From: Callorhinchus milii
Taxonomy: Eukaryota
Length of the DNA: 64,000 nucleotides
NCBI RefSeq assembly: GCF_018977255.1
Contig: NW_024704742.1
Span: 130,822,001-130,886,000, forward strand
Direction of reading: 5' to 3'
Each line of letters begins with the position of its first letter. The first letter of the stretch is position 1. The notes beneath the pieces are model-generated. The model had not been told where the DNA came from and made no database searches. It saw only the letters and a list, made by a program, of their open reading frames with translations. The position numbers and the translations under genes are program-made. Positions 62,297 to 64,000 of the stretch are shown in pieces.

Positions 62297-62628
62297 TAAT
62301 AATAATAATAATAATAATCCTTGCATTTGATATAGCGCTTTTCACGTCGGGAGGACGTCCCAAAGCGCTTCACAGAACACACTGTAAAGTGAATTGACTG
62401 TATATTTGTGGGCGAACGCGGCAGCCAATTGCGCATAGCAATGTCCCACAAACAGTCGTAGATTGAAAATGACCAATTTATTATTGTTTTTGGTTTTGGA
62501 GGGATTATTATTAGGCTCTGTGTGGAGTAAGGAAACTTGCACAAGGTTTCGCCCTGACCTGCCTGGGATTGAACTCAGGTCTCTCACTTGCAAAGCGAGT
62601 GCTCTAACCACTGAGCTACAGGACTCCA
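62297..62628 (-). mobile_element. SINE copy (young) inside a degraded CR1 (+, ~62040-62900)
   Basis: Full-length; CR1-like sequence on both sides. Confidence 0.92.
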
Positions 62629-64000
62629 CAATGAGAGCGAGTGGGTGAGAAAGAGAGGACGAGAGCATAACTTAAAATTATTACCAAAAGAACAAAGGAC
62701 AGTTTAGTTGTTTTTTTTTATACATATGATTGTTAGGGCAAATATTGTCCTGCGAAAAAGGGCTAAAATGGAATCTCTAGTGGGTCTTAAAAAGAATTGG
62801 ACAAATATTTGAAAAGAAATATTGTGGGTTTTGGGGAAACTGTAGAAGAGTAACTGAATGGATTCTTTCAGAGAGTTGTCCCGATGGACCTAATAGGCTC
62901 CTGAGTTATTGAGTTATCTTCGCCCACAATGTTGGCAAAGAAGCAAGACTGCCTCTTAGATGCTGCATTAGTAAGAGAGGAGATCATGACATCAAGAATA
63001 TCAGTAGATGAATGATTAACAGTGGAGCCTTTGAAGATAAGAGGTGGATGAGGCATAAAAAGAGTCATGAAGAAACCATCTTTGAGAAATTAAAAAACAG
63101 GATTTTCATTGTACCATTGTAGGACATGGAGGAAGTTAAGATTTTATTCAGCCATTGCACTAAGTGAAGAGTGAAAATTCTGTACATTGAGAATGCACAG
63201 CCTAAAGGAAATTGACTTTACTTTTGAATCAACAGTGGGTTGCGTGAAACGTGTAGAAGGGACAGTGTTCGACAAGAGAACCCTGGGGAATTTCTGAGTT
63301 TATGGAAAGAGTTGGAGTATGATGCATACCACAGCATCAATTGAGCAATTTGAGAGGAATTATTTTAACTTTTGAATGTGCATAGTAACAGGCTTAGTGG
63401 ATCACCATTAAAGAGTTGTCAAAAACAACAAAAAATGATGTGTACCAGTAATTAAATTCAAAATGTGTCATTACTTAAATGGTGCTATATTTGTTGTGTT
63501 TCCTGGACATGGATTCTTTGTTTAGCAGTGTGCTGGAATAAAGATTAGAAGGAATGGATCCTCTATTGTTTAAGATGTGCATAGCCTTTAGTCTTTGTAT
63601 GGTAGTGGGAGGATTATTGTTGCCGTTTTATCAAGTCAACCACTAACTGTGAGCCAAATGGTGGAGGGGGGATAAGTGTTGTATGTGTGAAACCGCTAAA
63701 ATTGCAATCAACACCCCCACCATCTTATGCATTCCAATAACAACTATAAAAGAAACTAAAAACTGTAATCTCTTCAGTAATGGATAACAAATTCCTGAAG
63801 GTTAATTGGGAAGTGCTTCTGCTAATGCTCAGAATTGTTTGGGTGTAACACTCTGTTAGACACTATGCAATAACACATTGTGGTTCATGTATCTAGGAAT
63901 AAAGGTTGGAGAGCTACACCTGCTCTGTATTATTGCTACTGTGTCTAACCTAAAACCTCTTGTCGATACAGAGATTTCAAATAGGCACAGTAGCAATAAT

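Overview
Eukaryotic (vertebrate) genomic DNA. The repeat content (L2 and CR1 LINEs, tRNA-headed Deu-domain SINEs, Penelope-type hairpins) suggests a cartilaginous fish, possibly a chimaera; that taxon call is inference. Two genes lie head-to-head around a CpG-island bidirectional promoter (~18.2-19.1 kb). TPGS2 is on the minus strand and complete: 7 coding exons, 292 aa. KIAA1328/hinderin is on the plus strand: exons 1-6, 192 codons, then a long intron running past the window end. Most ORFs in the supplied track are transposon-derived or chance. Notable observations: (1) two minor-spliceosome (U12) introns in KIAA1328, one GT-AG and one AT-AC, bracketing an in-frame 396-nt exon block; (2) minimal hammerhead-ribozyme motifs in Penelope-like hairpin repeats; (3) a near full-length single-ORF L2 fused at its 5' end to a CR1 fragment inside one candidate TSD; (4) a SINE/L2 partnership with a covarying 3' stem-loop and recurrent antisense nested insertions; (5) a ~1 kb foldback element split by a SINE. 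Gene and repeat family names come from my recognition of the sequence, not from database searches. Repeat boundaries are approximate.
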